NCBI GenBank assembly: GCA_001179505.1
Contig: CDMY01000236.1
Location: forward strand, 1-64,000
DNA length: 64,000 bases
DNA from: Vitrella brassicaformis CCMP3155
Taxonomy: Eukaryota > Protista > Chromerida
Direction: 5' to 3'
Each line of letters opens with the position of its first letter. Position 1 is the first letter of the stretch. Shown here piece by piece: positions 36,864 through 49,970 of the stretch. A program made the position numbers and the translations under genes. The notes under the pieces are model-generated. The model saw only the letters and a program-made list of their open reading frames with translations, was not told the origin of the DNA and did not search any database.

Positions 36864-37645
36864 GCAGCGGCAATCAACCGATCAAGCAACTTCCAATCAC
36901 CTGAGGGAAGGCACCGGAGAACACAACAGACAGACAGACAGACAGACAGCCACAGACACAGACACACACCCGCAGCATGCAAGAGAAGAAGGAGTGAGAC
37001 CGCTAAGCGCTGCGCTCTCCCTCACCAAATTGTGTCTATTACATCCATATGGTTACCAGCGATATCTCAGTGTGTATCCGAGCTCAGTCAGAAGGTGCCG
37101 ATGATCCGATACCGTCCGCAGCGGCCAGATGGCAGTCTGCACTGGCCGAGAGGCAGAACCGAAGCAAGGTGACGGCAAAACTCCAAATCCTCAGCTCCTT
37201 GGCCCTCGAGGGTTATTCAGCAGCAGCGAAGGGACGAGCAGACACGCCGGTTGGTCCTCAGAGCGGAATGCGTGTGTTGACAGCTGATCCGGCAGACGAG
37301 ACGAGAGTACACAGACGATCAGATTTTATTTGCATGCCAGGGGCGCCGGCCCGCGCTGCCTCGCCGAGGTCTTTCAGAAGCAGCGGAGCATAAGACGGAG
37401 GGCTGGAAGGGATGAGCCCCCAGTGAGCTGCCCTCCTTTCTTGTCGTCTTCAGCTCATCGGATCAGATGCACACGGCCGGCATGCCCCTTCTTTGTCTGC
37501 GTATCTGCTGTCGTTTCAGCGCGCATCCGAGGCCCCACGAAGGAATGGGGGCAGACGGCCCGCGCTTTTCCTCCGGGACTTCCGCGGCGTGGTGGACGCC
37601 GGTCCTGCTGCCGTGGTATCCAATCAGAGATCGAATCATCCAATC

Positions 37646-39363
37646 ATGTATCCAAAGACCGACAAGGCACGGAGTCCGACTCATCGAGGTCATCCCGGCC
37701 CTGGCGTCGCTGATGAGAATCTTGGCACATATCTCCCGCCACGAATGGTAAGAGGCATAGGAACAAGGCGAGCGTCCCGCATGATCGCGTTGCTCTCTCT
37801 CCTTTGTCTTTGAATCAAGGTGTTGGGGGATGAGCTGATGGATGAGATCCTCCAAGAGGACTGCCCGCACCTCGCGCAGCTGGACAGCCAAAGCCTGAGG
37901 GACTACCAGCACCGCACCATAGCGCCACATTCAATGGCGGAGCACAAGCAAACCATGGCGCACGGCGAGACACGACACCCGCAGACATCTTCAGCAGCTG
38001 AGGCCGCTCTCGCCTATCCTCGCAAAGGCGGTGCATTTGATGACATCAAGGTGACAACTGTTGCCACTGAGGGTGGTCTGAAGACATGCACTGACCACGA
38101 GGATGTCGGCTCAGGGTATCCGTACCGCGAGCCGCTGCACACGAGCACACAGCGAGGCAGAGCCAAAGGGACCAACCCGCCCGACCGGCCCGGCTCACTC
38201 TGGGGATTCTTCTCTGCACCCAGGAAGGACGAGAAGATGACGGACATCAGGCGGGGAGCGAAGACTGAAGATACGAAAGACACGAAGAAACCCGACAGGG
38301 CGATGAAAGAGCCCCAGGCGGCCACGAAGGAGGTGCATGCGAAGAAGCTGCAGACAGAGAGGAGCATGAAAGCCAAAGAGTCGTCAAAGAAGTCCATTGG
38401 CGCTGAGAAGAAGGCGCGTCCGGTGGAGATGGAGCAGGTGTTGGAGCAGGTGCTGATGAATGTTTGGGTGGACGCCGATGAGGATGTCGAGCGATTTCTT
38501 CTCGACGCCCAGGCACTGGGGGCAACAGGCCAGCGAGTGCGAGACACCGAGTGCTATCACTGGACGACTGGTTCGGATTGGGCCAAAGGAAGGGAGACGG
38601 TGGAGAAAAAGAGCACCCAGCTGAGACACATGGAAAGGGACTTGCAGACATCAGGCGGAGCAAGCGAAGTGGTGGGCAATGCATGCGCGACGCTCCTTAC
38701 TACTCATTGTGCTTCTCTATTGATTACTTGCCTGTATGTCTCTCTCTGTCTGCCTGCAGCAAGGCGGCAGTGGTGTGTTTCGTCGCAAGATCCCCACAGC
38801 CAACCCAGCCGTCCTCACCTACGCCACCACCTACCCTCCCCCACACGCCCTTCCCCCGGTGCGCGTCCCATGGGCGCATGAGCCTCTCGACGAGCGCGAT
38901 GTGATGCACCTGCCGCGCTTCACGGCTGCCCAGGAGCTACACACCCGGCAGCTGACGTCTTCGGTTACCCACAGCCCCACCCANNNNNNNNNNNNNNNNN
39001 NNNNNNNNNNNNNNNNNNNNNNNNNNNNNNNNNNNNNNNNNNNNNNNNNNNNNNNNNNNNNNNNNNNNNNNNNNNNNNNNNNNNNNNNNNNNNNNNNNNN
39101 NNNNNNNNNNNNNNNNNNNNNNNNNNNNNNNNNNNNNNNNNNNNNNNNNNNNNNNNNNNNNNNNNNNNNNNNNNNNNNNNNNNNNNNNNNNNNNNNNNNN
39201 NNNNNNNNNNNNNNNNNNNNNNNNNNNNNNNNNNNNNNNNNNNNNNNNNNNNNNNNNNNNNNNNNNNNNNNNNNNNNNNNNNNAGAACGGTGAGACGGGC
39301 AGCAAGGAAGAGGGTCGCACGACGGATAGTTGGGTTGTGCAGTTGGCCGAGTTCATGTCATAA
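37646..39363 (+). CDS. Hypothetical Lys-rich protein (donor of the kinase tail), spans a gap
   Basis: Exons MYPKTDK...LPPRM | VLGDELMDEILQEDC... | QGGSGVFRRK...[gap]...WVVQLAEFMS*; homologous to 32195-33380 in inverted orientation. Confidence 0.65.
38984..39283. other. Assembly gap (300 N)
   Basis: N run. Confidence 0.95.
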
Positions 39364-39889
39364 GAGACTACATACCTGCCTGAGCTTTGGACGCGTATGT
39401 GTTTTGTGATGGTTGTGGGTGGGTGACGTGACCCACTGCCATGGCACCCACACATTCAATGAGCTCAGATGTGTAAGAGTCACACTCACAAATACACGGC
39501 CATCAAAGTCGCTCCACGCATTCAGCCGCCGAGCTTTCCCTCTCCACCTCTTCTTTCTATCTACAGCTACAGCTACAGCCGTTAGGAAGTAGCCTGGCCG
39601 CCATCCGCGCTGGATGGCGCCTTCCTTCACCACTCCATGAAGTATGAGTCACCTGCGACGTGACACGCAGACCGAACAAGAGACAAAGAGACTCGGCAAG
39701 AGGTCATCTCGTTGACCCGTGTTGAACAGTCCAGCCCCACTCACTCACTCACTCACCCACGCACTCACCGGTGTGCTGCTGGTCTGGTGCTGGGCGTGTC
39801 GCATTACCGCCTCCCCTGCCCCCGAATGCAAAACTCCACAGGTCGGCTGGAAGCCGAGAGGAATCCAGTGGGTCCTCCCAAGCCCGACC

Positions 39890-40240
39890 TTGCCGCATCT
39901 TCTTGCGGCAGGGCTCATAAGTCAGCTGGCCGTGTGCCTGCCTCCTGGTCATGGAGCACCTTCCCGGGTTTCCGTCAGCAATCTCGATACCGTCGAAACG
40001 TGCCTGACGCACGCCGGTGTGTGCTGTCGTGGACGTCAGCTCTGAGGGCGCTGCGCTCCGCGCTGTGCTCCACTCGGTATCTTCGCTCTGGCTGCGATGG
40101 CTCTGTGCGTCGTCAACATCCATCGGCATCAAGAGAGGTGACCGAGAGCGGGGCTCCATCTCAGGTTGGCGGTCGCGAACTTGCGGCGGCAACTGCGGCA
40201 AGGAGCCAGACAATGGGAGATGGAATGGCTGGCCTGCATC
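39890..40240 (-). CDS. Possible exon of an unknown low-complexity protein
   Basis: AG-bounded open stretch GQPFHLPLSGSLPQ...KKMRQ with a GT donor; the rest of the gene is unresolved. Confidence 0.3.
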
Positions 40241-41163
40241 CAACACAGAGGAAACGCACAGGCGTGAACGACATTCATTGGCTGAGTTCGTCACACCGAG
40301 TGTACCACGCGTCTGACGATATAGCCGTTGCTGTGAGTCCTGGTGCGCTGACGCGTCAAACTGCGATGGATGACTCTGTCGGCACATCCCGATTAAGCAG
40401 ACAGAACAGAGGGAGAGCCTTTTTCCGCAGAGAGAACGCAAGCTCAAAGGCGATCCATCTCCGCCGCCAAGGCGCTGTCGAGTGTGTTGATGTGTGTGTT
40501 GATACAAGAGTTCCACCAGACGAATAACCACAGTGATTTCAGTGCGATCATCCATGTGTTCACAGTAGTGACACGCCGGAGAGAGGGGGTCATTGAATGA
40601 CAACTCCTCGACAGTGAGACTCGATGCACAAGTGTGAATGAGATCAATCGATTCAATAAACCAGGTCATCAACAAACCTGGTTCATTGAATCGCTGGATG
40701 GCATACACACTTGTGCATCCTCGAGACCACACCGGCGGCTGCACATGACAGTGAGACGAGGGAGGGACAACTGACTCTCCGACCGAGCACACGAAGAGAC
40801 AACGGGCCACGAGTGGATGGGCATAATGTATTCCCAACACACCAGCCTGCGACAGCATCGCAGAATGCAGCAGCAGCACACATACATACATACACGCATA
40901 CAGCGAATGAATGAATGACCTACCACCTCTCTCTCGATCGAAAAACTAGCACGCCTCATCTGTCTCTCTGTCTGTCATGAGTCGGCCTGACTGACTGACG
41001 CTGACTGACTCCGCATGGACCAATGCACTCGTGTGCATACACACATACACGCAAAGATGGGGCTGAAAAATTCTCGCACAGCGCCCCCCCCCAGCAGAGC
41101 ACAGCGTGCACACACACCACACCTCACTGCACAAATACGCCCCGAGTCAGATACGCACGTCAG

Positions 41164-42477
41164 TCAGTCGAGAGCCGAGAAGCTGTCCGAGAACCTCTGT
41201 GAGGGCGGGGTGTCCTTGCCCGGAGTGATCTCGACGCCAAGCTCCTCGCCAAGCTTCTTCAGGTCGGACGTGATCTGAGCAACACACACATAAGCACCTG
41301 TCACATGCTGGCGTTGCACTGCATGCAGCATGTTTGTGTGTCTACCTACCTGTGACACGTCAGCGTTCTTGGGCACCAGCACCGACACGGACGCCTCGAA
41401 AATCTAAGGACAGACAGGCCGACACCCATCACATGCACTGCAGTCACCGACGCAACGCAATCTATGATGTTGTGTTGTTATGCCTACGTCATATCCAATG
41501 TGCCCCCCTGGAAGGATCTGTGTCTTGAGGTCCTGCACGTTCAGGCTGGCCTCTGAGAGGGATGGAGAGGGGGGCAGGGCAGGCACAAGGGTGAGTGAGG
41601 GAGTGCGAGGGGCATATATTATGGGTGTGGTGTATGTGATGGCGTGCGGTCGGTGCTGCTTTGTTTGCCCACGTGTGAGGTATCCCGTGATGTTGTCGAC
41701 GAGCTGCACGTCATCGGGGCCAAACACCTTGTAGGTCTGCACCAACTGACCTGCACACACACACGCACACATCGACACAGACAGGGCAAGGTACTTACTG
41801 GTGGTGTGTTCCGTTCCACCCCTCCCTCCCTTCTCCCTCCGTGTGTGCATTCAGTCAGTGTGCACATCACACATCACACATCAATCACATCATGCCATTG
41901 CAGGCCAGGCACCTCACCTCCGAATGCGCTGTATCCGGGGTCCTGGGTCTCTTTCAGGTTGCACATGTACTCTGGCGAGGGAAACGCGGCCTTGAGCTTC
42001 TTCTCAAACTCATCCACTCGGTCCGCGTGCACACGAATGGCAGCCATGAGAGCAAAGTCGGTCCCCAACCTTATAGCACGAGTCGTACCGATGTTTCCAT
42101 CTGCAGACAGACAGACAGACAGGCCTCGTTGCGGATTGGGTGTGCAGACTTGACTGACTGACCACATGGCGTGACAACGTCGTGTGCGAAGCGATGGACC
42201 ACACCAGGCTTGTTCTCGCCAGATACACACACCTGACATGACAGACAACCAGCACAGGCACGGCACGGCACGCCCTCATCCGTTCACTCATTCACACAGC
42301 CCAGACCAGGAAGCGGAGCATACCTACCACGAGATCTGTGAATTTGGTCCCCACAAAGGAGCCATGTGATAGACACCTCACGTGTGGGGCAACAGCATGG
42401 CTGCTGGGTGACGGCAGGCCTCCCGCTCTCCTTCCCAGCGAGCCCGCGAGGCTCCGCGAGATGTGCCGCAGAGCCAT
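41164..42477 (-). CDS. GcvR-like tandem ACT-domain protein with putative mitochondrial presequence
   Basis: Spliced: MALRHISRSLAGSLGRRAGG... ; ACT1 VCVSGENKPGVVHRFAHDV..DGNIGTTRAIRLGTDFALM; ACT2 YKVFGPDDVQLVDNITGYLTQASLNVQDLKT...IFEASVSVLVPKNADVSQITSDLKKLGEELGVEI. Confidence 0.75.
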
Positions 42478-42616
42478 CCCCACTCTCGACTGCAGATCTC
42501 CTCTGGAAACACTCGCCGTTCGAAGATCGGCAGCGCTGGCAGCCTTTCTGGCAAAGCTCTGAAGCGACGGTTTCACGAGTGCCCTGGAAAGCTCGCAGGA
42601 AGAAGGTTTTCAGGAG
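42478..42616. promoter_or_regulatory. Putative bidirectional promoter (GcvR-like / CTL), contains AAGCTCGCAG
   Basis: Start codons are 139 nt apart on opposite strands; motif at 42589-42598. Confidence 0.55.
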
Positions 42617-45600
42617 ATGTATCAGTCGGTGGACAAGAAGCAGAGGATACTGTACGAGCGGTCATGCACCGACTGCTTCTGCTGCCTCCTCTTCACCGCC
42701 TTTCTCGGCGGCATGATATTCGTGGGTCAGCGGATGCATGGATGGAACACATGGATGGATGTTAGCGTTGATATGGGCGGATGCATTGCAATTGCTGCTG
42801 TGTGATGCCTGCCTGCACTGAATGTACTGTGTCCACTACCAGGGGTGATAGCGCTCCAGGAGGGAAACCCGCACCGCTTATATCGAGGATACAACTACAA
42901 TGGTAGGCGGAACGAACGAAGCCACACAGACGCATTGCAAACCCGTGGCTGCATGTGTGTGGCAGGTCGGCTGTGCGGTGAGGGCACCCTGGAGGGCCGC
43001 CCGCTGCTGTTTTGGCCCATCGCCCCGCTGGAGGTCCTCGCCAACATCACCACCACCGAGAAGTTCGTCCGGCTTGACGTTGTCAACTCCACGTCACCGC
43101 CAGACTACACACCAGGTCCTTTGATTTGACCAGCAGACCATACATACTGCCGGCAGCCGACATCCATATGGATGCACTCACTATGCATCCGTGTCACATA
43201 TTGCTGCTGCATTGCATTCATTGCCGCAGGCACTGTGTTGGGCACTTACGCCGGTTTCATTGACCCGAGCACCCCCATCTGCGTCAAGAAGTGCCCCTCT
43301 GCGTTGAATGTGGTCAACAACGACACGGTGAGGTATCCGATGCGGCACACGACGACCGGCGAGGTGGCTGAGACCGATCCCAGCAGAGACACCGTGTCCG
43401 AGACCACCACACTCACATACGTCGACACACCGGTCTATGCCACCACCAAGCTCATGCACGCTTACTGCCTCCCCACAAACGCCACGGTGGCCAAAGATCT
43501 CATCGCTAGGATCGGACTCGACTCACACACGTACCCACACACACATGGATGGATGGATGGAGGGATGGATGGATCGGCCCATGGAACATGTACCTTCCTT
43601 GGCGTGTGTGGTGTGCAGTCAGCAGTTCCAGCGCGCGATAGGCTCTCTGGAGGAGGGCTGGCCGTTCGTGCTGATCGGGGCCGTGTGTGCGCTGCTGGGC
43701 GGCTTCTTGTACCTCCTCCTGCTGTCCTGCTGTGCGGCCCCGATGGTGTGGATCGCCACCGTAATGATCCCAGTCTCCATGCTCGGTATATATGGAGAGA
43801 GAAGGAGAGAGGAGGGAGGGGAGGGGAACACAACAAATGGTGATTCATTTCTGAGTCGCTCGCGTCCTGCCTCCTGGCGTGTTTTGTCAGGTATGGGGGC
43901 CTACCTGACTTACAGCGGGTTTGTGGAGCAGAGCGATTACCTCGTCAACACATTCGGGGAGGACTCCAGCGAGTGGACCAAGTGGGTGGGCGTTGCGCTG
44001 ATGGTGGCGGGTGTGCTGTTCAGCATGCTCATATGCTGCGCATGCGACTCCATCAACATCGCCATCGGTGTCATCGAAGCGGCCGTGGAGTGTCTCTTCG
44101 ATATCCCCAAGATGCTCACGACGCCCCTCTTTGGGTTCGTCTCCCAAGGGCTGGCCTACCTCATGCTGTGCGTGGGACTCGTCTACATCGTGTCCAGGTA
44201 GCTAGGGGCAAGAGGGAGGGAGGGAGGGAGGGAGGGAGANNNNNNNNNNNNNNNNNNNNNNNNNNNNNNNNNNNNNNNNNNNNNNNNNNNNNNNNNNNNN
44301 NNNNNNNNNNNNNNNNNNNNNNNNNNNNNNNNNNNNNNNNNNNNNNNNNNNNNNNNNNNNNNNNNNNNNNNNNNNNNNNNNNNNNNNNNNNNNNNNNNNN
44401 NNNNNNNNNNNNNNNNNNNNNNNNNNNNNNNNNNNNNNNNNNNNNNNNNNNNNNNNNNNNNNNNNNNNNNNNNNNNNNNNNNNNNNNNNNNNNNNNNNNN
44501 NNNNNNNNNNNNNNNNNNNNNNNNNNNNNNNNNNNNNNNGGGAGGGAGGGAGGGAGGGGAACACAGGAGTGTGGGCGCCATGCAATATGCCTGCAGCGGC
44601 ACCATGGAGAGCAAGACCATAACCGCCCTAGGAACGGGCAGTAACGCGCCGGACGCCATTCCCATACAGGGCATTCACAGGCAATGGATGGATACCTTAA
44701 AGCTAGCTGCCTCTCGGACGGACGAGATCCGGGTCGTTCGTTTCCTGTCGTGTCCATTTGCAGGCATTTCCATTTGGACGACCGTCTGACGGGATTTGCG
44801 CTGTATTGGTTCTTTGGCGGCCTGTGGGTGGTGGAGTTCATGGCTGCCTTCTGGCAGTTCGTCGCATCATACGGGGTGGCACTCTGGTACTTCACACTGG
44901 TCAGCAAGCTAACAAAAAGAAACACAAGGACGGACGGCAAACAGGCGCTCCCATATATGGATGGGTTCGCGTGTGTGTGTGTGTGTGTGTGTGTGAATCA
45001 GCCCGAGCCGGGGAGTAATGACCGCTCTGTGTCGTGCCCCATCTACTATGGAGTGAAAGCCGCCGCGTTAGTCACCACAGTGATAAACATGAAGGCAGAG
45101 ACGCATCTGTCTACAGCATGATGCATGCATGCATCCATGTCCTTCCCTCCCTCCCTCCCTCCCTCCTTACTCAGTCTGTTCCACGTGGGCACCCTGGCCA
45201 TCGGCTCCTTCATCATCGCCACCTGCAGGAAGGAAGGGGGAAAGAAAGGGCACACACAGACGCACTTCTAGCTAGACCTGTCCAATTGGACCTGTCTGTC
45301 TCATTTGGTTGTCTTGTTGCGTAGGTTCATCAAATACTTGTTAGAGATCGTGAAGAAGCGCATCCAGTCGGCCACTGGGGGAGAGAACGGCGTCGTCTCC
45401 TGCCTCATACGGTCGGTCGGTCAGCCTGATTGATCTGATAGCCTAGCAGGGCCCTGCCCTGCACGCCGATATGATATATGTCTCTGTCTGTCTGTCTGTC
45501 TGTTGTGTGGATCGGATCCCTTCCTGTGTGTACCCATGACGTCACATGACATCCCCTGCACTGCACTGTACTGCAGGTGCATGCAGGGGTGCATATCGTG

Positions 45601-46516
45601 TTTCCAGTGGTGTGCCGAGTACGTCAACTCCAACGCATACATCGAATGCGTCATCAACTCCGTCAGGTAGGTACATATTTACCACACCGCACCACACACA
45701 CGCATTCATCCATCCATCCATCCCACGAGGGAGACAGTCGAAGGCCCCATTGTCGTTCTTTTTTTGTCAGTTTCTGCCCCGCTGCCGCCCAGGCCGTCGC
45801 CAGGCTCATCAAAGCAGCACCGGCTGTCGTCTTCCTTAACGGGTGGGTGGGTTTGCTGTGAGCGCATTGGCCAACCTCGCTGCATCGCATACACCCACCC
45901 CACCAATGCGTTATATGTGTGGAATGAATGGCTGGCAGGTTCTCCAAGATATTTTCCCTGTTGGGTGTGCTGAGCATCGGCCTGTCGACGTCGTGGGGCA
46001 TGTACGCCCTCATGACCACCGTCAAACCATTCAACGACCCTGCAGACGACTGGTAGGTACGACACGACGGTGCTGTCCCGTCCCAGCTGCTATGAGAACC
46101 ACATTACCTACGCACATCTATCTGTTGACCGTGTGTGTCTGCAGGTTTGTGGAGTCTCCCCTGGTGGTGGGTGCGTTCGTTCTGATCATTGCCCTGTCTC
46201 TCAGCAGCCTGGTGATGCTTGTCTTCGACCAAACTGCCGACACCATCTTCTACTGCTTCCTCGTCGAGCGGGACGAAAACAACTCGGAGGTATCCCTCCC
46301 TAGGGACACACCGCACACACAGAGACACGACAGACACGGTGGCGAGAACTAACTCTCTTAAGCTGGTGTGTGTGTGGATTGCATATAATGCAGGTGTATG
46401 CGCCCAACCGTCTGCGGACTCTGCTGGCGGACCAGTCTGGGAAGCAGATGCAAATCGCCCAGGAGAGAGCCGAGAACGCCAAGATGCGCGAGATGGACCG
46501 GATGACCTACATCTAG
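42617..46516 (+). CDS. Choline transporter-like protein (CTL/SLC44 family)
   Basis: ERSCTDCFCCLLF, RLYRGYNYNGRLCG, ICVKKCP, FHVGTLAIGSFII, NSNAYIECVINS, FDQTADTIFYCFLVE; multiple TM exons; one N gap inside an intron. Confidence 0.92.
44240..44539. other. Assembly gap (300 N) flanked by (GGGA)n
   Basis: N run. Confidence 0.95.
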
Positions 46517-47379
46517 GGAGGCTGGTGACCTGCCTGACAAAAGGATAGCTTGGGCAGGGGCCGGCTGGGGGGGACGGCCAATTACTTTTCCTTCGTTGAG
46601 TGCGCAGGCCCCCCCCATCTCTCTGGTTTCCTTTTCGTTCTAGTGTGGCTGTGCAGTGCATACGTTTACACGTGAGGAGGGAAGCTATATATTCAGTTGT
46701 GAACCGACCGACGTATCAGTGTGTGTCCCATCCACCACACCAATCAATCAACCAAGGCAACAATCAGCGCAGCGAGTGTGGCGCTTTCAGCGAGCGAGTG
46801 TGTAATCAATCAATCAATTGTCTTGCAGCCGGGGTCTTCGTTTGAAGCACTGCACTAGCCAGCAAGAGGGAAAAGACCCTGCCTGCCTCTCACTATCGTG
46901 ACACGAGATAGATACGTATACAAATGCACGCTAACGCTTGTCTGGCACAACGACACTGCTCGCTCGCTCGTGTGGGTTTGCCTTGCCGAGTGAGTGGGTC
47001 AGTTCTGTGGTGCGGCGGTGCCGGTGGGCAGCCATCTCACCTCACCCAGCTGCCAACAGCACAGCTAGCCGCAGCGACAAGAGCACGCCACCAGCAACGA
47101 CACGTCAGCAATAGATACACACACGGAAAAGTGGAATGCAGAACTGCCGGCTACCTAAGCCATTGTGTGGTGTGGGCGGCAAACGGATGAAAAAGCCTCT
47201 TCTATCCATGCCATGCCATGGCTGCCCCGCCCTGCCCTCCCCTCCCCTGTCTGCCACAGAACTGGTCAGCACTCAGCTCACAAAACCACACACACGACAC
47301 GACACGACAAGACACACGACACATGACACTCACACGGAAAAAACCACGACCCCATGGACCCCTTCCTTGGGTCAGTCAG

Positions 47380-49872
47380 TCATGCCGTCTTGTGCTCATC
47401 CTCCATCCTCACATAGTTGACATTGTCGGTCGTCATGTGGGTGTGGTCCACGGCAGTGGGGTACACGGCCGTGGGGTAGCAGTGCGGATCATGGTGCGAG
47501 TCCCCCCGCGAGTGGGAATGGCTGAGGAGATGCTCGTCCAGGTGCTCCACATCGACAGCGTCCATCGAGTACTCCCTTGACCGAGGCGGCCGGCCGCGTA
47601 GTGAGCTGGGCGAGGATGTGAAGGCGAGGGCATCTGGGCTGCGGGTGATCTTGGGTGATGCCTGGATGGAATCGGTCCGCGGCTTGGCGTGGGCGAGGGC
47701 GTCTGCCTCGTTGCGGGGTACCAGGACAATCAGAGGCGAGTAGACGGCCAGGGCGAAGAGGTAGATAAAGGCCGTGATCATGAACGTGTACCGACTGACA
47801 ACGACCACACCAGACCAGAGACAGACAGACAGACCGATGGATGGGTGGATTGATGGATGGAGAGGAGATGAATGCGGCTCCTGATTGACTGACAAGTGTG
47901 TGTGTGTGTGTGTGTGAAGATCTCTCTCTCACTAGTCGTGCGAGTCAGCAAGCATGCCACCAATGAAGGCGCTGCCACTCCAGGTCATCATTGTCAACGA
48001 CTCGACGGCATTCCTAATTACACCCGCACACACGCCCCGCCCCATCACGCCATCAAGACACAAACTAGTGCCCATCCTCCAACTTGCTCACCATTTCCCC
48101 CGGTGCTTGCTAGGTGTGTAGTCCATGAGGATCGACCGATCCAGCGGGTTGCAGGCGTTCTGGAATGCGCCACGGACGAGGAACAGCACGATGAGCGACG
48201 GCAGATGGTACACTTGGGACATGAGGAATAAGCAGGTGCAGCCCGCCAGCTGCCACATGAGTGATGCGTGTGCCCGGCCCATCTTGGTGCTGAGCTTCTG
48301 CGCGAGCTGCATCCACAGGCCGATGCAGGGGGGATAGATGGCCGTCAGGATGCACACGTGCATGGGGGTGAAGCTGCACACAACACCGGCATGGCACAGA
48401 CATGAGTAACTAATACCACTGACTGCAGTGCAGTGGGCGGGATTGTCTTCTCATTTCTGTCCACCCGTAGTCGTTTTTGAAGAAGAGAGGAAAGTACTTG
48501 ACTGTCATTCCCGCGCCGATGCACATGATGAAGTCACAAAAGGCCCTGCAGACACAACACAACACAACACGCAGACAGACACAATGAAGCAAGCAACAAA
48601 AAATACATGGCTGAGCGGAGCCGAGCCACCTATCTTGTCTTGTCTTGTCTGTCTGCCCTGCGCAGTGTGGTGTGTTGCTCACTCCTCACACGATATAAGG
48701 GATGCATCGCTGTGCCGGTGTGAGATTTTTGAGCAGCTCAGAGTCATCCACATCCTCCTTGTTGGCCTCCCCCGCTGCAGCAGCCGCTATTCCCTTATCT
48801 CCACTGGCCCCAGCCTCGCCATTCATGGCGACCATGTGGTTTTCATCGCTGCCTCCACCATCACCTGCACCCCCAGCCCTCTGCTTGACGCCCGCCGCAT
48901 CACTCGACATTGACGCAAATGTCGACCCCGTGGTGCCATTGCCATTCATCGAGGTGCTCGATGTCGCCTCATTGCTCTCGTTTGTTGCGGCTGCCGTGGC
49001 GCCCTTCACCCACGGCCTGGGGTGCCGATAGAAGGACGTGCATATGCAGCAGAGGGGGGCGAAGATGATGGTGCCGATGACCAGCGGGATGTGGCAGATG
49101 GACAGCGACCACTTGTCGCCAAATGCCAGGAAGAAGACACACATCATGGCCGGCCCCACCCCGAGCCACACAGTGGTGAGGATCCCCTTGTAGGTGAAGA
49201 GCTTCGAGCGCTGCCCGCGGTCGACAGAGTCGGCGAAGATGGCCTCGGATGAAGAGGAAAACAGCTCGGCAAAGACCCCCCAGAGAAGCAGGTTGAAGTA
49301 GATGAGATAGATAGAGTCGGTCAGCAGTGCGTAGGCTCCACTGACGGTAGCCACGAGGCCGATGATGCCACTGGCCTTGGCGAGCAGCGTCCTGTCCAAT
49401 CTGTCGACCAGCAGCCCCACAGGGACTGCGCAGATGAGCGACGTCAGACCGCTGATGGACTCGGCGAAGCCAACAGCTGTGTGAAGGACACAACACGGTG
49501 GGCGGGACACATCTGCCTGAGATGTTTGCACAGCACTCATTGTCTGACTGTGTGTGAATGCTTGCCTCTGTTGGCCTTGGCCTCGCCCCAGATGCTGCTC
49601 GACAGCAGATAGAGGTACGTGTCTGCAGATCATCGATGGATAACGCAAGACAAACACAACAAAACAGCGCAGCGCAGATCCTTGCCACCGTTGGTTGCTG
49701 CACTCATGGTTTTGCCACAATCAATCTTTTCCTCCTCACCGAAGATGCCTCCTTGTGCCGTGGCATAGTAGAGAGTCGACAGGGCCGACACGGCGAATGT
49801 CAGCCTGACATTGATGCGCCGGTTCTTGGCGTACAGCTCGGCGCGCGAGAACGAAGCTGCCAAAGGCAGCAT
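47380..49872 (-). CDS. Major facilitator superfamily transporter
   Basis: Motif A-like PVGLLVDRLDRT; EAIFADSVDRGQRSKLF; FLVRGAFQNACNPLDRSILMDYTPSKHRGKW; many hydrophobic helices. Confidence 0.9.
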
Positions 49873-49970
49873 CGGGACCACAAAGCAATGGGAGAGAACG
49901 CTTCGTCGCGGTTTCAAAGTGCGAGCTCAGCAACATCTGCGAGCTTAGCTCAGTGAGAAAGTTTGTGCCC
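49873..49970. promoter_or_regulatory. Putative bidirectional promoter (MFS / Rpb4), contains CTGCGAGCTT
   Basis: Start codons are 98 nt apart on opposite strands; motif at 49937-49946. Confidence 0.55.

Noticed and set aside
32195-39363. Long flanking repeats as an LTR retrotransposon or a large TIR element carrying the kinase
   Set aside because: The repeats are inverted, intron-containing gene copies with no TSD, PBS or RT/integrase/transposase.
39749-40891. 380-aa minus-strand ORF as a single-exon gene
   Set aside because: Much of it reads through intron-like, microsatellite-rich sequence; only one internal exon is plausible.
45120-45136. TGCATGCA ApiAP2-like site
   Set aside because: Lies inside an intron within an (ATGC)n run.
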